NCBI GenBank assembly: GCA_051252135.1
Contig: JBPOGH010000001.1
Span: forward strand, 608,001-672,000
Direction of reading: 5' to 3'
From: Verrucomicrobiaceae bacterium
GTDB taxonomy: Bacteria; Verrucomicrobiota; Verrucomicrobiia; Verrucomicrobiales; Akkermansiaceae
DNA length: 64,000 nucleotides
The notes below the pieces were generated by a model. It was not told the DNA's origin. It ran no database searches and saw nothing but the letters and a program-made list of their open reading frames with translations. Positions 47,803-57,292 of the stretch are shown here, one piece after another. The position numbers and the translations under genes are program-made. The first letter of the stretch is position 1. Each line of letters starts with the position of its first letter.

Positions 47803-50800
47803 TTATTGTTGAATGATTCTCACGCGTATGAATTGCTGGCTTTCCGCCGAAATTTCCAGCTCACTCCGGTAGGTGAGCAGGTCGGTTCCATCTCCCTGAT
47901 TCTCCGAATTGGTCAGGCTGGCCTCCGGCAGCCAATTCTCAAGATCAGTCGATATCTCCACCACCACCTGAAGGTCCGGCGATTTCTGCAGTCGCGGAAA
48001 CGTCACAAAAACCCTCCCCCCTTCGGTCTTCACCGTTGCCACCTCCGCTGAACTCTTCTCCTTCGGATCGAGCCCAAAGGCATACTTCAAAAGATTCTTC
48101 ATCCCATCACCACTCGCATCCCCATCCGGTCCGCTGACGAGGGGATTCGCCAATTCGTTGGCCGTGAAATACTGCCGGCTCCAGGAAGCATAAACACTGC
48201 TGTGAAGGGCTGGATTCAACACCCCGGGAGAACCACCCGCATCACAACTCAACATCCACTGATCCTCTTCATCCCACTTCGCCCAATCCACCCCGTCGTC
48301 GGCGATCTCAATCGTGTATCCCTGATTCAAGGCCGGAGAAAACCAACTGCCCGAGTATTCAAACGAAAGAATATTCTCACCCGCCGCATCTCGCAGCGTA
48401 AGCTGTTCACCCCCGTTGTTGAGCGCTCCGGTAAAGGTGCCCACCACCTTCAACCCCGGAAAGTTCGCCGGATTGGAAACCACCACACCAAGCTCCCCCG
48501 GTGCCAACGATCCGCTCAAAACCCCCTCCACCCCATCGCTGAAATGCACTCCGGTCAAATCCAAGGCAACATCGCTCACGTTGCGCATCTCGATAAACTC
48601 GAACCCCTTCCCTCCCGTCGGCGCAAAGTGAATCTCGGTAATCCGCAGTGCTTCTTGGGGCAATGACGGATTGCTCTGCGTATTCAAAACCGACATCGGC
48701 AGCGCATCACCATTATAAAGCGTAATCGTCTCTCCCCGGGTCGAAATCTGCCCCGCATAATCACCCTCCACGTTGAGCCCCTCCCCTCCCCTCGGACTCG
48801 CCGACCTCGCCCGAAACGTCGCCACTTTCGGACTCAGATACAGACTGCCATTGCCCTCAATAATCGTCCCGGGAAGAAAATCAAATGACACCCCTCCCTC
48901 AACTCTCCATCCCGAAAGATCAATCGCCTCGCTGCCAGAATTCACCAACTCGATAAATTCCTCATCCTGATTTCCCGATTCAGGGCTCCCGTCATAATTT
49001 CCAAAGGCCATCTGCGGAGCCTCCACCAATGGTCCGGGCAAAAGAGCGGAGCTCGTCTGGGCCGTCGGATAGCTCGCCGCATTCGCAGCCAAATGAGTCA
49101 CTGCCAAATGCCCCTTTCTCGGAGTCAGATAGTCATCTTCAAGAATCGTAATCGCCTCACTCAGGCTCTGTTGCTGGCCAAACTGCCCCCACTTGCTCCG
49201 ATCCAATACCGCATCATTCCCCAACGCCGCCTCCATCACCGCCACCCGGTCATCGATCACGCCGCTCACCAGCAACTCGTCAACCAGGGTCTGAAGACGA
49301 CGGCGAAACATGTTCTTAAACCGATCGTTCTCAAGCAACTTATCAATGATTCGATTCCAACTCCGGTTACCGGGCAGCTCTTGAATTCCCACAAACGGAT
49401 GACTCGGTGAGATGGGGGCGTTCGCATTTCTCCCTCCCAAAACATAATCCGCCGTCGCCCATATCCCGTCGTGCGCAATGTTATCGTTCGTCATGTAATG
49501 ACTCCCGAAAGTCAAATCCGTGTCCCACGGAAGCTGCGTCCACTCCCCGCTCCCTTCACTATCCCGGTATAGATAGTAGTTCTTCGACATATTGTCGTTG
49601 TTCTGCGTCAGCACCGTCGCCGCGAGATAGTTCAGCTGCCGCGGGATATCCACGTTGTCGAAAATAAAGTTCTCCAGCGTCGTCCCACTGCTGGCCATCC
49701 CGCTCACGAAGGCACTCAAATCCGCATTCGATTCATGCTGCCGGTTCTTCTTCTCCACCCCGCTCGTCCCGCTCGTCCCCGCATTGAACATCTTGTAAAG
49801 CGCTCCATCGTCGTCGATCCCCTTCTCCCGGCGCAACAACCGCTCATCAACCTGCTCCGTAAATGCCCCCACGCTAAAGAACTCCCCGTTCTGCTCAACC
49901 CGCGTCAGAAAACACTCCGGTCCCGGCGACCCCGCCCAATCGTAAACTTCGTAGCTTAAGGGCTGCCGCACGTAAGCCTTATCCGTCCAGGTCGTGTTCA
50001 GATTAAACTCCTCCACCCTCACCTCGTCGGGATCGACCAAAAAATGATGCCCCGTATTAAAATCAAATTTGTAACTCTTCTTCGCCAGCCCGGCAGAAGA
50101 ACCACCTCTGATGCGACAGAAGACGTTGTCATAAAACTCCCCCAAATAAAGCACCGCCGCCCGCGTCCCTGTCCGGCCATTCGCCCCCGCCGGATTCTCG
50201 ATAAACCATTCCAGAACCGGCAGGTTGGAAGCCACCCCGGGATCCAACGCCGCCGTTCCGTAATATTCCGGCGAGTTCAAGGGATCATGAAAATACGGCT
50301 CCTTGCTCACCGTCCCCACCTCATCGCGCGCTTCCACCCGCCAACGAATCATTTCCCCATCTCCCAACCCCGCCAGAGGAACCGCCGCAGAATAAACCCC
50401 GTCACCTCCCGCCGCATCCGGAAAAATCCCGTCATCACGCATCTCCATCGCACTTTCCACTCCGAACCCGATCCGAAAAATCACCTCCACCTCGTCAATC
50501 GCGTGCCCCGCTTCCGTCACCGCAGCCGTGATGGTCAAATGGGTCCGGGCCAAAAGGTCCGGCCGCTCCGGATTCTCGGTCACCGACCGGACCACCGGCC
50601 CCATTTCCGTGAGACCAGCTGAATTTTCCGCTCCCGGCGTCGGCTGGGTCATGTAAACGCGCGCCTCCTGACTTCCGGCACTCAGCCGGGCGTCCAACTC
50701 ACAGTCAAAAAGAAAGTCCCCACTGCTCACCCCCCGGTTCAATCCATGAACCGCCAGCACATTGGTTCCCGCAACGAGATCCACTTGCGCCAAATCAATC

Positions 50801-51708
50801 GCGAAAGGCTCCAGCGCAACTGCCAACGTATCATTGTGCGCTCCCCCCGCATCCGCTTCGAAATCCCAGATTCCGTCCAACGGCGGATTGGCCGAGGCAA
50901 GAACCGGACTCCCGTTGATATAAATCGCAAAGCCATCGTCGTACCGCGCCCCAAAGCTCAACCCCTCAACCGCAGCAGGATCATCAATCTCAAACGGAAT
51001 CCGCAGGTAAACCGTCGTATTTACTCGATAAAGATCGGCCTGGATATCTCCCCCGGCCCCAATGAACTCATCGTAAGGATCCAGATTGGGCGTCGTCGCA
51101 AACCCCAAACCCATCTCGGCAGCCGTCCATGTGCTGTCATCAAAATCAACCACGTTCCAGGGATTCACCCCTCCCGCATCCTCCAAATCATCAGCCGGCA
51201 CCTTGTAACGCACCCCCTCATCCGGCCCGACCAAATTCACCGTCGCTCCACCAGACTCTCCCACTCCATAGGAAATATTGGGATACTGTTGGGGATAGGC
51301 CGGCGCATAGGCATGCTCCACCGTTGTTCCGTCGGCACGAACCAATCCCAAATACTCTCCCGAAGCCCCCAACTTGAAATTCGTGTGCAGCTCCTCTCCC
51401 TCCATCGCCCGGTTCTTGCTCGACGCAAACACCACCACCTCATCCCCCGGATTGAGAACCAGCGCGGGAAACTCCCACTGGTCGGGAAGATCAGCACGAT
51501 CCGTCAAATGCCATCCCTCCAGATCAACGGGCGAACCGGAAACGTTCGTCAGTTCAATCCAATCGGAATCATCCCCGTCCTCGTCCCTCAACCCCGAAGT
51601 ATTCGACGCCAAAAACTCACTGATGATGACATCTCCCGCCGACGCCCCCATCGGAAGACATAGCCCTCCCCCCGCTACGGCAAACTTAAGAAGCTGATTC
51701 CAATTCAT
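47803..51708 (-). CDS. Lamin-tail domain / CotH kinase-family protein
   Basis: IISEFLASN...DWIEL, RIRGGSS...KKSYK, KNYYLY...PWDTD; ends QFIRVRIIQQ. Confidence 0.87.
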   Translation of the reverse strand: MNWNQLLKFAVAGGGLCLPMGASAGDVIISEFLASNTSGLRDEDGDDSDWIELTNVSGSPVDLEGWHLTDRADLPDQWEFPALVLNPGDEVVVFASSKNRAMEGEELHTNFKLGASGEYLGLVRADGTTVEHAYAPAYPQQYPNISYGVGESGGATVNLVGPDEGVRYKVPADDLEDAGGVNPWNVVDFDDSTWTAAEMGLGFATTPNLDPYDEFIGAGGDIQADLYRVNTTVYLRIPFEIDDPAAVEGLSFGARYDDGFAIYINGSPVLASANPPLDGIWDFEADAGGAHNDTLAVALEPFAIDLAQVDLVAGTNVLAVHGLNRGVSSGDFLFDCELDARLSAGSQEARVYMTQPTPGAENSAGLTEMGPVVRSVTENPERPDLLARTHLTITAAVTEAGHAIDEVEVIFRIGFGVESAMEMRDDGIFPDAAGGDGVYSAAVPLAGLGDGEMIRWRVEARDEVGTVSKEPYFHDPLNSPEYYGTAALDPGVASNLPVLEWFIENPAGANGRTGTRAAVLYLGEFYDNVFCRIRGGSSAGLAKKSYKFDFNTGHHFLVDPDEVRVEEFNLNTTWTDKAYVRQPLSYEVYDWAGSPGPECFLTRVEQNGEFFSVGAFTEQVDERLLRREKGIDDDGALYKMFNAGTSGTSGVEKKNRQHESNADLSAFVSGMASSGTTLENFIFDNVDIPRQLNYLAATVLTQNNDNMSKNYYLYRDSEGSGEWTQLPWDTDLTFGSHYMTNDNIAHDGIWATADYVLGGRNANAPISPSHPFVGIQELPGNRSWNRIIDKLLENDRFKNMFRRRLQTLVDELLVSGVIDDRVAVMEAALGNDAVLDRSKWGQFGQQQSLSEAITILEDDYLTPRKGHLAVTHLAANAASYPTAQTSSALLPGPLVEAPQMAFGNYDGSPESGNQDEEFIELVNSGSEAIDLSGWRVEGGVSFDFLPGTIIEGNGSLYLSPKVATFRARSASPRGGEGLNVEGDYAGQISTRGETITLYNGDALPMSVLNTQSNPSLPQEALRITEIHFAPTGGKGFEFIEMRNVSDVALDLTGVHFSDGVEGVLSGSLAPGELGVVVSNPANFPGLKVVGTFTGALNNGGEQLTLRDAAGENILSFEYSGSWFSPALNQGYTIEIADDGVDWAKWDEEDQWMLSCDAGGSPGVLNPALHSSVYASWSRQYFTANELANPLVSGPDGDASGDGMKNLLKYAFGLDPKEKSSAEVATVKTEGGRVFVTFPRLQKSPDLQVVVEISTDLENWLPEASLTNSENQGDGTDLLTYRSELEISAESQQFIRVRIIQQ

Positions 51709-51991
51709 TCCTTCTCTAAGAAACAGACAGATCCCGTCTCAATTAGCCGCCCAAGTTGTAGAACCAATGAGCGCATCGCCCCCGACAGTGGTCCCGTCTC
51801 GAAATCTGGCTCGGAAGGCCAAAAATCGAACCCGTGAAATTGGATCAGCGGTCGTTGTAACAAATTCATCGAAAGCGCACTGGTTGAAAATCGAATCGAA
51901 AGTCCGACCCTCAATTTAAACCAAATACGCCCCCGCTCGGTCAATCGTCAACTCAGGCTCATCCTGCCATCATGTGTGACAACCCCTCGGA

Positions 51992-53500
51992 TCACTTCTT
52001 AAAATAAGACTCGATCGCGGCTACCAGTCCCGGAATATCGTGGCTCTTCGCCTCCACAACCTCCGCCCCGGAATTCTCCCCAAAGGTCTTGCTCGTCACC
52101 GGACCAATACATCCCGCGACGCATCCTTCCGGCCAATCAATCCCCATGTCGAAGAAGCTCTCCACCGTCGATCCACTCGTAAAGGTGATCATATCCGCAC
52201 CTTCCTCGCTGAGCTGCTTTGCCGCACCGGTCGGATCATCCGTCTCCGGAATCGTCCGGTAAGCCACGCAGGAATCTACAATCGCCCCCTTCTTCGTGAG
52301 CTCATCATAAATAACATCTCTCGTCTCCTCCGCCTTCACCCATAGGAACGTGTGATGCTCCACACTCTCCTTCGTCAGCGCCTCCACCAACCCTTCCGCC
52401 ACGTATTTCTCCGGCAGCAAATCAACCGTAAAACGATACTCTCGAATCTTCGCCGCCGTGCTCGGCCCGATCGCCGCAATCCGCGGCCCACCCAGGCTCC
52501 GTGCGTCCTCGTAAGTCGCATAGAAGGCATCAAAGAATTTCTCCACCCCGTTCGGGCTCGTGAAAATCAACCACTCATAGGTGTGTGCATCCGCCACCAT
52601 CTTCGCAAAGCCCCGCTTATCTTTCGGAGGCCCTACCTTAATCGTCGGAAGTTCCACCACGTCCGCTCCCAGCTCGGCCAGTTGCTTGCTCAGCTCACCC
52701 GCTTGCTCGCGCGTCCGTGTCACCACAATCCGCTTTCCAAAAAGCGGACGCGTCTCGAACCAATTGATCTTCGATCGCTCGGTCACCACATTGCCCACCA
52801 CCGCCACCGCCGGTGATTTAAAATTCTGCTCCTCCGCGATGTCCGCAATCGTCGAAAGCGTCCCTTCAATCGTCCGATGTTTCCCGGTCGTCGCCCAACG
52901 CGTCAGCGCAATCGGCGTCGAAGGACTTGCGCCCCCCTTGATAAACTCCTCACAGATCCCACGCAGCCGCGCCACCCCCATCACAAACACTTTCGTTCCC
53001 GGCGTCTTCGCCAGTTGGTCAAAATCAAGCGAGGTCGCGTCCTTCGTCGGATCCTCATGGCCCGTAAAAATCGTCAACTGCGAGCAATGATCACGATGCG
53101 TCACCGGAATCCCCGCGTAGCAAGGTCCCGCAATCGTCGAGGAAATCCCCGGCACAATCTCAAAGCGCACTCCCGCCTCCGCCAACTCCGCCGCCTCTTC
53201 TCCACCGCGACCAAAGATCATCGGATCGCCTCCCTTGAGACGCGTCACAATTTTTCCCTCCAGTGTCTTCTCCACAATCAAGTCATTGATCTTGTCCTGC
53301 GGAATCGCGTGATCCGCCGCGCGCTTCCCGGCAAAAATCAATTCACACCCCTTCTTGGTCCAACCCACCAGCTCCGCACTCGAAAGCGCGTCGTAAACCA
53401 GCACATCGCATTTCTCGATGCACGCCTTCGCCTTCAGCGTAACCAGCCCAACATCCCCTGGACCTGCGCCCACCAAATAACAGATTCCTTTTTTGCTCAT
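51992..53500 (-). CDS. cobA: Uroporphyrinogen-III C-methyltransferase / uroporphyrinogen-III synthase fusion (CobA-HemD)
   Basis: LVGAGPGD, RLKGGDP, GIPVTHR; then RPLFGKRIVVTR, FTSPNGV, FTSGST; start ATG 53500. Confidence 0.93.
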   Translation of the reverse strand: MSKKGICYLVGAGPGDVGLVTLKAKACIEKCDVLVYDALSSAELVGWTKKGCELIFAGKRAADHAIPQDKINDLIVEKTLEGKIVTRLKGGDPMIFGRGGEEAAELAEAGVRFEIVPGISSTIAGPCYAGIPVTHRDHCSQLTIFTGHEDPTKDATSLDFDQLAKTPGTKVFVMGVARLRGICEEFIKGGASPSTPIALTRWATTGKHRTIEGTLSTIADIAEEQNFKSPAVAVVGNVVTERSKINWFETRPLFGKRIVVTRTREQAGELSKQLAELGADVVELPTIKVGPPKDKRGFAKMVADAHTYEWLIFTSPNGVEKFFDAFYATYEDARSLGGPRIAAIGPSTAAKIREYRFTVDLLPEKYVAEGLVEALTKESVEHHTFLWVKAEETRDVIYDELTKKGAIVDSCVAYRTIPETDDPTGAAKQLSEEGADMITFTSGSTVESFFDMGIDWPEGCVAGCIGPVTSKTFGENSGAEVVEAKSHDIPGLVAAIESYFKK

Positions 53501-54411
53501 GACAACGCTTGATAAAGTAGTTTCGCGACCTCTCCCGCTTTCGCGCAAATCTCGGCCCGCTTCGGCTCCCCGCCTGCCTCCGGATAAACCCGCGCCCCCA
53601 TCGCGATCTCTTCTCCCCGCAACTCACTCCACACCCCCACCGGCGTGTGGCACCCCGCATCCAGCAGTTCCAAAAACTCCCGCTCCGCCGTGATCCGGTC
53701 CCACGTATCCTCGTGATTCAACGCCGCCACGATCGCCCTGCTCTCACAATCGTCGGTCCGGATTTCATACCCCACCGCACCCTGTCCCGCCGCCGGAAAA
53801 AACTCTCGCTCCGGCAAACACTGAACCGTCAGCACATGCCCCTCAACCTCCAGCGTCCCCTCCACCGAGTAACCCAGCCGCCGCAGTCCCGCTTCCGCCA
53901 AAATGATTCCATCCATCTCGCCCTCCGCCGCTTTCAACAAGCGCGTCGGCACATTCCCCCGCAAATCACACACCTCAACCCCCGGTTTCAAATCCACCAG
54001 CTGCTTCGCCCGCCTCACCGAACTCGTCCCCACCAACGATCCCTCACCCAGCTCGTCCCACTTCTTCTTTCCAATAAAAACATCCCGCACCGGAGCGCGC
54101 TCCAGCACCCCCGCCAGCTCGAACTGAATCTCCAGCACCGTCGGCAAATCCTTCAGCGAGTGCACCGCCACATCGATCTCGTCATTCTCCAGCGCCACCT
54201 CCAGCTCCTTGATAAAAACCCCCTTGTCCCAAATCCCTTCCGCCTTCGCCACTTCGCTCAGCGCCACATCCGTCCGCCGGTCTCCCGTCGTCGTGATCAC
54301 CACCCGCTCCACTTCCAGTTCGGGAAATGCCGCCGCCAACGCCGCCTCGGTCATCTCGGCCTGCTTCAATGCGAGAGCGCTCCCGCGTGTTCCAATTCTC
54401 AAGGTCTTCAT
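53497..54411 (-). CDS. hemC: Hydroxymethylbilane synthase
   Basis: IGTRGSALA, AVHSLKDLP, GTSSVRR, LRGNVPTRL, GCHTP. Confidence 0.96.
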   Translation of the reverse strand: MKTLRIGTRGSALALKQAEMTEAALAAAFPELEVERVVITTTGDRRTDVALSEVAKAEGIWDKGVFIKELEVALENDEIDVAVHSLKDLPTVLEIQFELAGVLERAPVRDVFIGKKKWDELGEGSLVGTSSVRRAKQLVDLKPGVEVCDLRGNVPTRLLKAAEGEMDGIILAEAGLRRLGYSVEGTLEVEGHVLTVQCLPEREFFPAAGQGAVGYEIRTDDCESRAIVAALNHEDTWDRITAEREFLELLDAGCHTPVGVWSELRGEEIAMGARVYPEAGGEPKRAEICAKAGEVAKLLYQALS

Positions 54412-55415
54412 GTCAATCCAGGCAATGCCGCCTTCTCAAGTTCCTCATCAATGATCGCTTCGCAAATCTTCAGCTGTTCCTCGCGCCGCGCCCGCGCCTT
54501 GTCGGCCATCGTGCGCAGAGTGTCGATGTCATAAAGATACACCTCCTCGATCTCCCCCACCTCCGGATCAATATCCCTCGGCACCGCAATATCCACCATG
54601 ATCAGCGGCCGGAATTTCCGCACCCGTCGCACCGCCTCCACATGCCACGGCTTCACCACAAAATGCGGCGCTCCCGTCGACGAAATTAACACATCCACCC
54701 CCGCCAACGCCACCTGCCAATCATCAAAGTGAATCGCCCGCCCCCCCATTTCCTCCGCCAAGGCCTCCGCCTTATCAAATGACCGGTTCGTCACCATCAG
54801 CGATGTCGCCCCTCTCGATTGCAATGCCTGCGCCGTCTGCCGGCTCATCTCCCCCGCCCCCACCACCATCACCGTGCTCCCCTTCAACCTTCCAAAAACC
54901 TGCTCCGCCAATTCCACCGCCGCTCCTGCAACCGATGTCGCCCCTTCCTGAATTCCCGTATGCGTCCGCACCCGTTTACCCACCCCAAAGGCCCGCTGAA
55001 AGAGCTTGTTCAAAATCCCCGAGGTCGTCCCACCCGTCAGCGCCACCTGATACGCCTTCTTCACCTGCCCAAAAATCTCCGTCTCCCCCAGCACCATCGA
55101 GTTCATCCCGCTCGCCACCCGGCACAGATGCTTCGCCGCTCCCACCGACTCGTGGTAATAAAAAACGCCCTCACGCGGCCCCTCGAACCCCCGCTTCGCA
55201 CAAATCCACTCCTCCAGCTTCTCCACCCCGCCATCCTCGATCACCGCATAATATTCCGTCCGGTTGCAGGTCGAGAGCACCACCCCCTCGGCCACCCCCT
55301 CCGCCTTCACCAGCGCCTTCCCTTCCTCCGCCACCTTGCTTTCGGACAAAGCAAATCGCTCACGCACCTCGACAGGCGCGGTCTCATGATTGAGGCCAAG
55401 ACAGACGAGCTTCAT
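54408..55415 (-). CDS. hemA: Glutamyl-tRNA reductase (short form)
   Basis: GLNHETAPVEVRE, STCNRTE, GETEIFGQVK, GAGEM, DIAVPRDI; start ATG 55415. Confidence 0.95.
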   Translation of the reverse strand: MKLVCLGLNHETAPVEVRERFALSESKVAEEGKALVKAEGVAEGVVLSTCNRTEYYAVIEDGGVEKLEEWICAKRGFEGPREGVFYYHESVGAAKHLCRVASGMNSMVLGETEIFGQVKKAYQVALTGGTTSGILNKLFQRAFGVGKRVRTHTGIQEGATSVAGAAVELAEQVFGRLKGSTVMVVGAGEMSRQTAQALQSRGATSLMVTNRSFDKAEALAEEMGGRAIHFDDWQVALAGVDVLISSTGAPHFVVKPWHVEAVRRVRKFRPLIMVDIAVPRDIDPEVGEIEEVYLYDIDTLRTMADKARARREEQLKICEAIIDEELEKAALPGLT

Positions 55416-56179
55416 TACAATTTGGCAAACACCACCAGGGACAGGGCAAACAACAGAATCAACGACCAAGCGAGCTGCCTCCCCGGCATCCCCCTCACAA
55501 AATAAACTCCCAGCAACACCGCATACAGCACCCACGTCACCGTCGCCACCAGCAGATGCGCATTCACCTCACCCCCCTCCATCAAAATCCCGGAAATCAC
55601 CCCGATCGTCAAAATGATCCAGCCCACCGCCGCAATCCGCGCCATCGCCTTCAGCAAACGACTCACCGACGGCATCCCCAGACTCAGCCCTCCCTTCAGA
55701 TCGTGCGACTTCAGCCGCTTGTTCAGCAGCAAAAACATCACCCCCGCCACCGCTGATAGCGTCAGCGCCCCGTAGCTCAGCACCGAGAACGCCGCGTGCG
55801 ACTCCCGCCACGCATCCACCACTTCCACCTTCACCGGATTCTCGTCCAACGACCCCGGAATCAAGGTCACCACCTGCAAGGCAAACACCACCGGCGCACT
55901 AAACACCCCCAACAACGACAACCGATACGTCGTCCCCGTCACCAGATAAAAGAAGGTCAGCGACCACGCCAAAAACAAACAAACCTCCCCCAGATCACCC
56001 AACGGACACTGCCCCCGCTGCGCTCCCCGCTCTCCCAGAAAAAGGAGTTGGAAAATAAACGCCCCGCACATCCACCAAAAGGCATGCCGGTGCAGCCGCT
56101 CATCCGCCCGACCCCGCCAACCAAAGACCGCTCCGGCCAACGCCAAAACGGATGCTCCAATCAGGTAAAGCGTTTCCAT
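55415..56179 (-). CDS. CcsA/HemX-like membrane protein
   Basis: About eight hydrophobic segments, WxxxH motif, directly upstream of hemA; start ATG 56179. Confidence 0.75.
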   Translation of the reverse strand: METLYLIGASVLALAGAVFGWRGRADERLHRHAFWWMCGAFIFQLLFLGERGAQRGQCPLGDLGEVCLFLAWSLTFFYLVTGTTYRLSLLGVFSAPVVFALQVVTLIPGSLDENPVKVEVVDAWRESHAAFSVLSYGALTLSAVAGVMFLLLNKRLKSHDLKGGLSLGMPSVSRLLKAMARIAAVGWIILTIGVISGILMEGGEVNAHLLVATVTWVLYAVLLGVYFVRGMPGRQLAWSLILLFALSLVVFAKL

Positions 56180-56282
56180 GCCCCGATAACTGCCCCCGCC
56201 AGCCCAACCTTTCAAGTGCGGAAAGTGAATCTCTCCCGATATCGACTTTCCCCTTCCCCGAATTACGCCTAGCGTCCCCCCC

Positions 56283-56807
56283 ATGCCCACCGCAGCAGAC
56301 CTCGACTCCGCCATCCGGGACGTCCCCGATTTCCCCAAGCCCGGAATCCTCTTCAAGGACATCACCCCCGTCCTCGGAGACCCCGCCCTCTTCAAAACCT
56401 CCCTTCAACTCCTTGCCGATACCGCCCAAGGCGAAAAAATCGACAAAGTCGTCGGCATCGACGCCCGCGGCTTCATCTTCGCCGCCGGAGTCGCCCAGAT
56501 CCTCAACGCCGGCTTCGTCCCCGTCCGTAAAAAAGGCAAACTCCCCTGGACCGTCCACTCCATGGCCTACTCCCTCGAATACGGCGAAGACACCGTCGAA
56601 ATCCACGCCGATGCCATCAAACCCGGCGAAAAAGTCCTCCTCGTCGATGACCTTCTCGCCACAGGCGGCACGGCAGCTGCTGCCATCAAGCTCCTCAAAG
56701 CCCTCGATGCCGAGATCGTCGCCACCTCCTTCCTCATCGAACTCAAAGACCTCGACGGCCGAAAGCACCTCTCCTCCCCCCGCGTAGAAGCAATCCTCAC
56801 CTACTAA
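56283..56807 (+). CDS. apt: Adenine phosphoribosyltransferase
   Basis: PDFPKPGILFKDIT, RKKGKLP, YSLEYG, VDDLLATGGT. Confidence 0.97.
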   Translation: MPTAADLDSAIRDVPDFPKPGILFKDITPVLGDPALFKTSLQLLADTAQGEKIDKVVGIDARGFIFAAGVAQILNAGFVPVRKKGKLPWTVHSMAYSLEYGEDTVEIHADAIKPGEKVLLVDDLLATGGTAAAAIKLLKALDAEIVATSFLIELKDLDGRKHLSSPRVEAILTY

Positions 56808-56831
56808 CAATACGAATCTGAAACAGACCGA

Positions 56832-57236
56832 ATGAGCGGTGATTTCCAGTTAAAAGAAGAAACCCAAAAGGTAATTGGCTGCGCATTCGAAGTCCTCAAC
56901 GGCATTGGCCACGGTTTCCACGAAAAGCCCTACGAAAACGCCCTCGCTGTCGAATTCTCAAAACAAAACATCCCCTTCGAACAACAGCCCAGATTCCCGG
57001 TCATCTACAAGAACGTAACCGTCAGCGAATACATTCCCGACCTCATCGCCTTCTCCCAAATCATCATCGACACCAAAGTCATTGACCAAATCAACAACCA
57101 CGAGATCGGCCAGATGCTCAATTACCTCCGCATCACCAAACTCCCCGTCGGCCTCATCCTAAATTTCAAACGCTCCCGCCTGGAATTCCGCCGCGTCACC
57201 TTAGATTCCCCCTCTCCCCCAAACCTCCAATCCTAA
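56832..57236 (+). CDS. GxxExxY family protein
   Basis: IGCAFEV...GHGFHEKPYENAL; QMLNYLRIT...GLILNF. Confidence 0.92.
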   Translation: MSGDFQLKEETQKVIGCAFEVLNGIGHGFHEKPYENALAVEFSKQNIPFEQQPRFPVIYKNVTVSEYIPDLIAFSQIIIDTKVIDQINNHEIGQMLNYLRITKLPVGLILNFKRSRLEFRRVTLDSPSPPNLQS

Positions 57237-57238
57237 AA

Positions 57239-57274
57239 CCATCCCTTCCATCCTGTCCATCTGCGGTTAAAAAA
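57239..57274 (+). repeat. 9-nt periodic repeat after GxxExxY
   Basis: ccatccctt-ccatcctgt-ccatctgcg-gttaaaaaa. Confidence 0.6.
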
Positions 57275-57292
57275 CCTCCACCTTTCAATCCC

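Noticed and set aside
51705..51944. 79-aa ORF upstream of the CotH gene
   Set aside because: No motifs; more likely promoter region.
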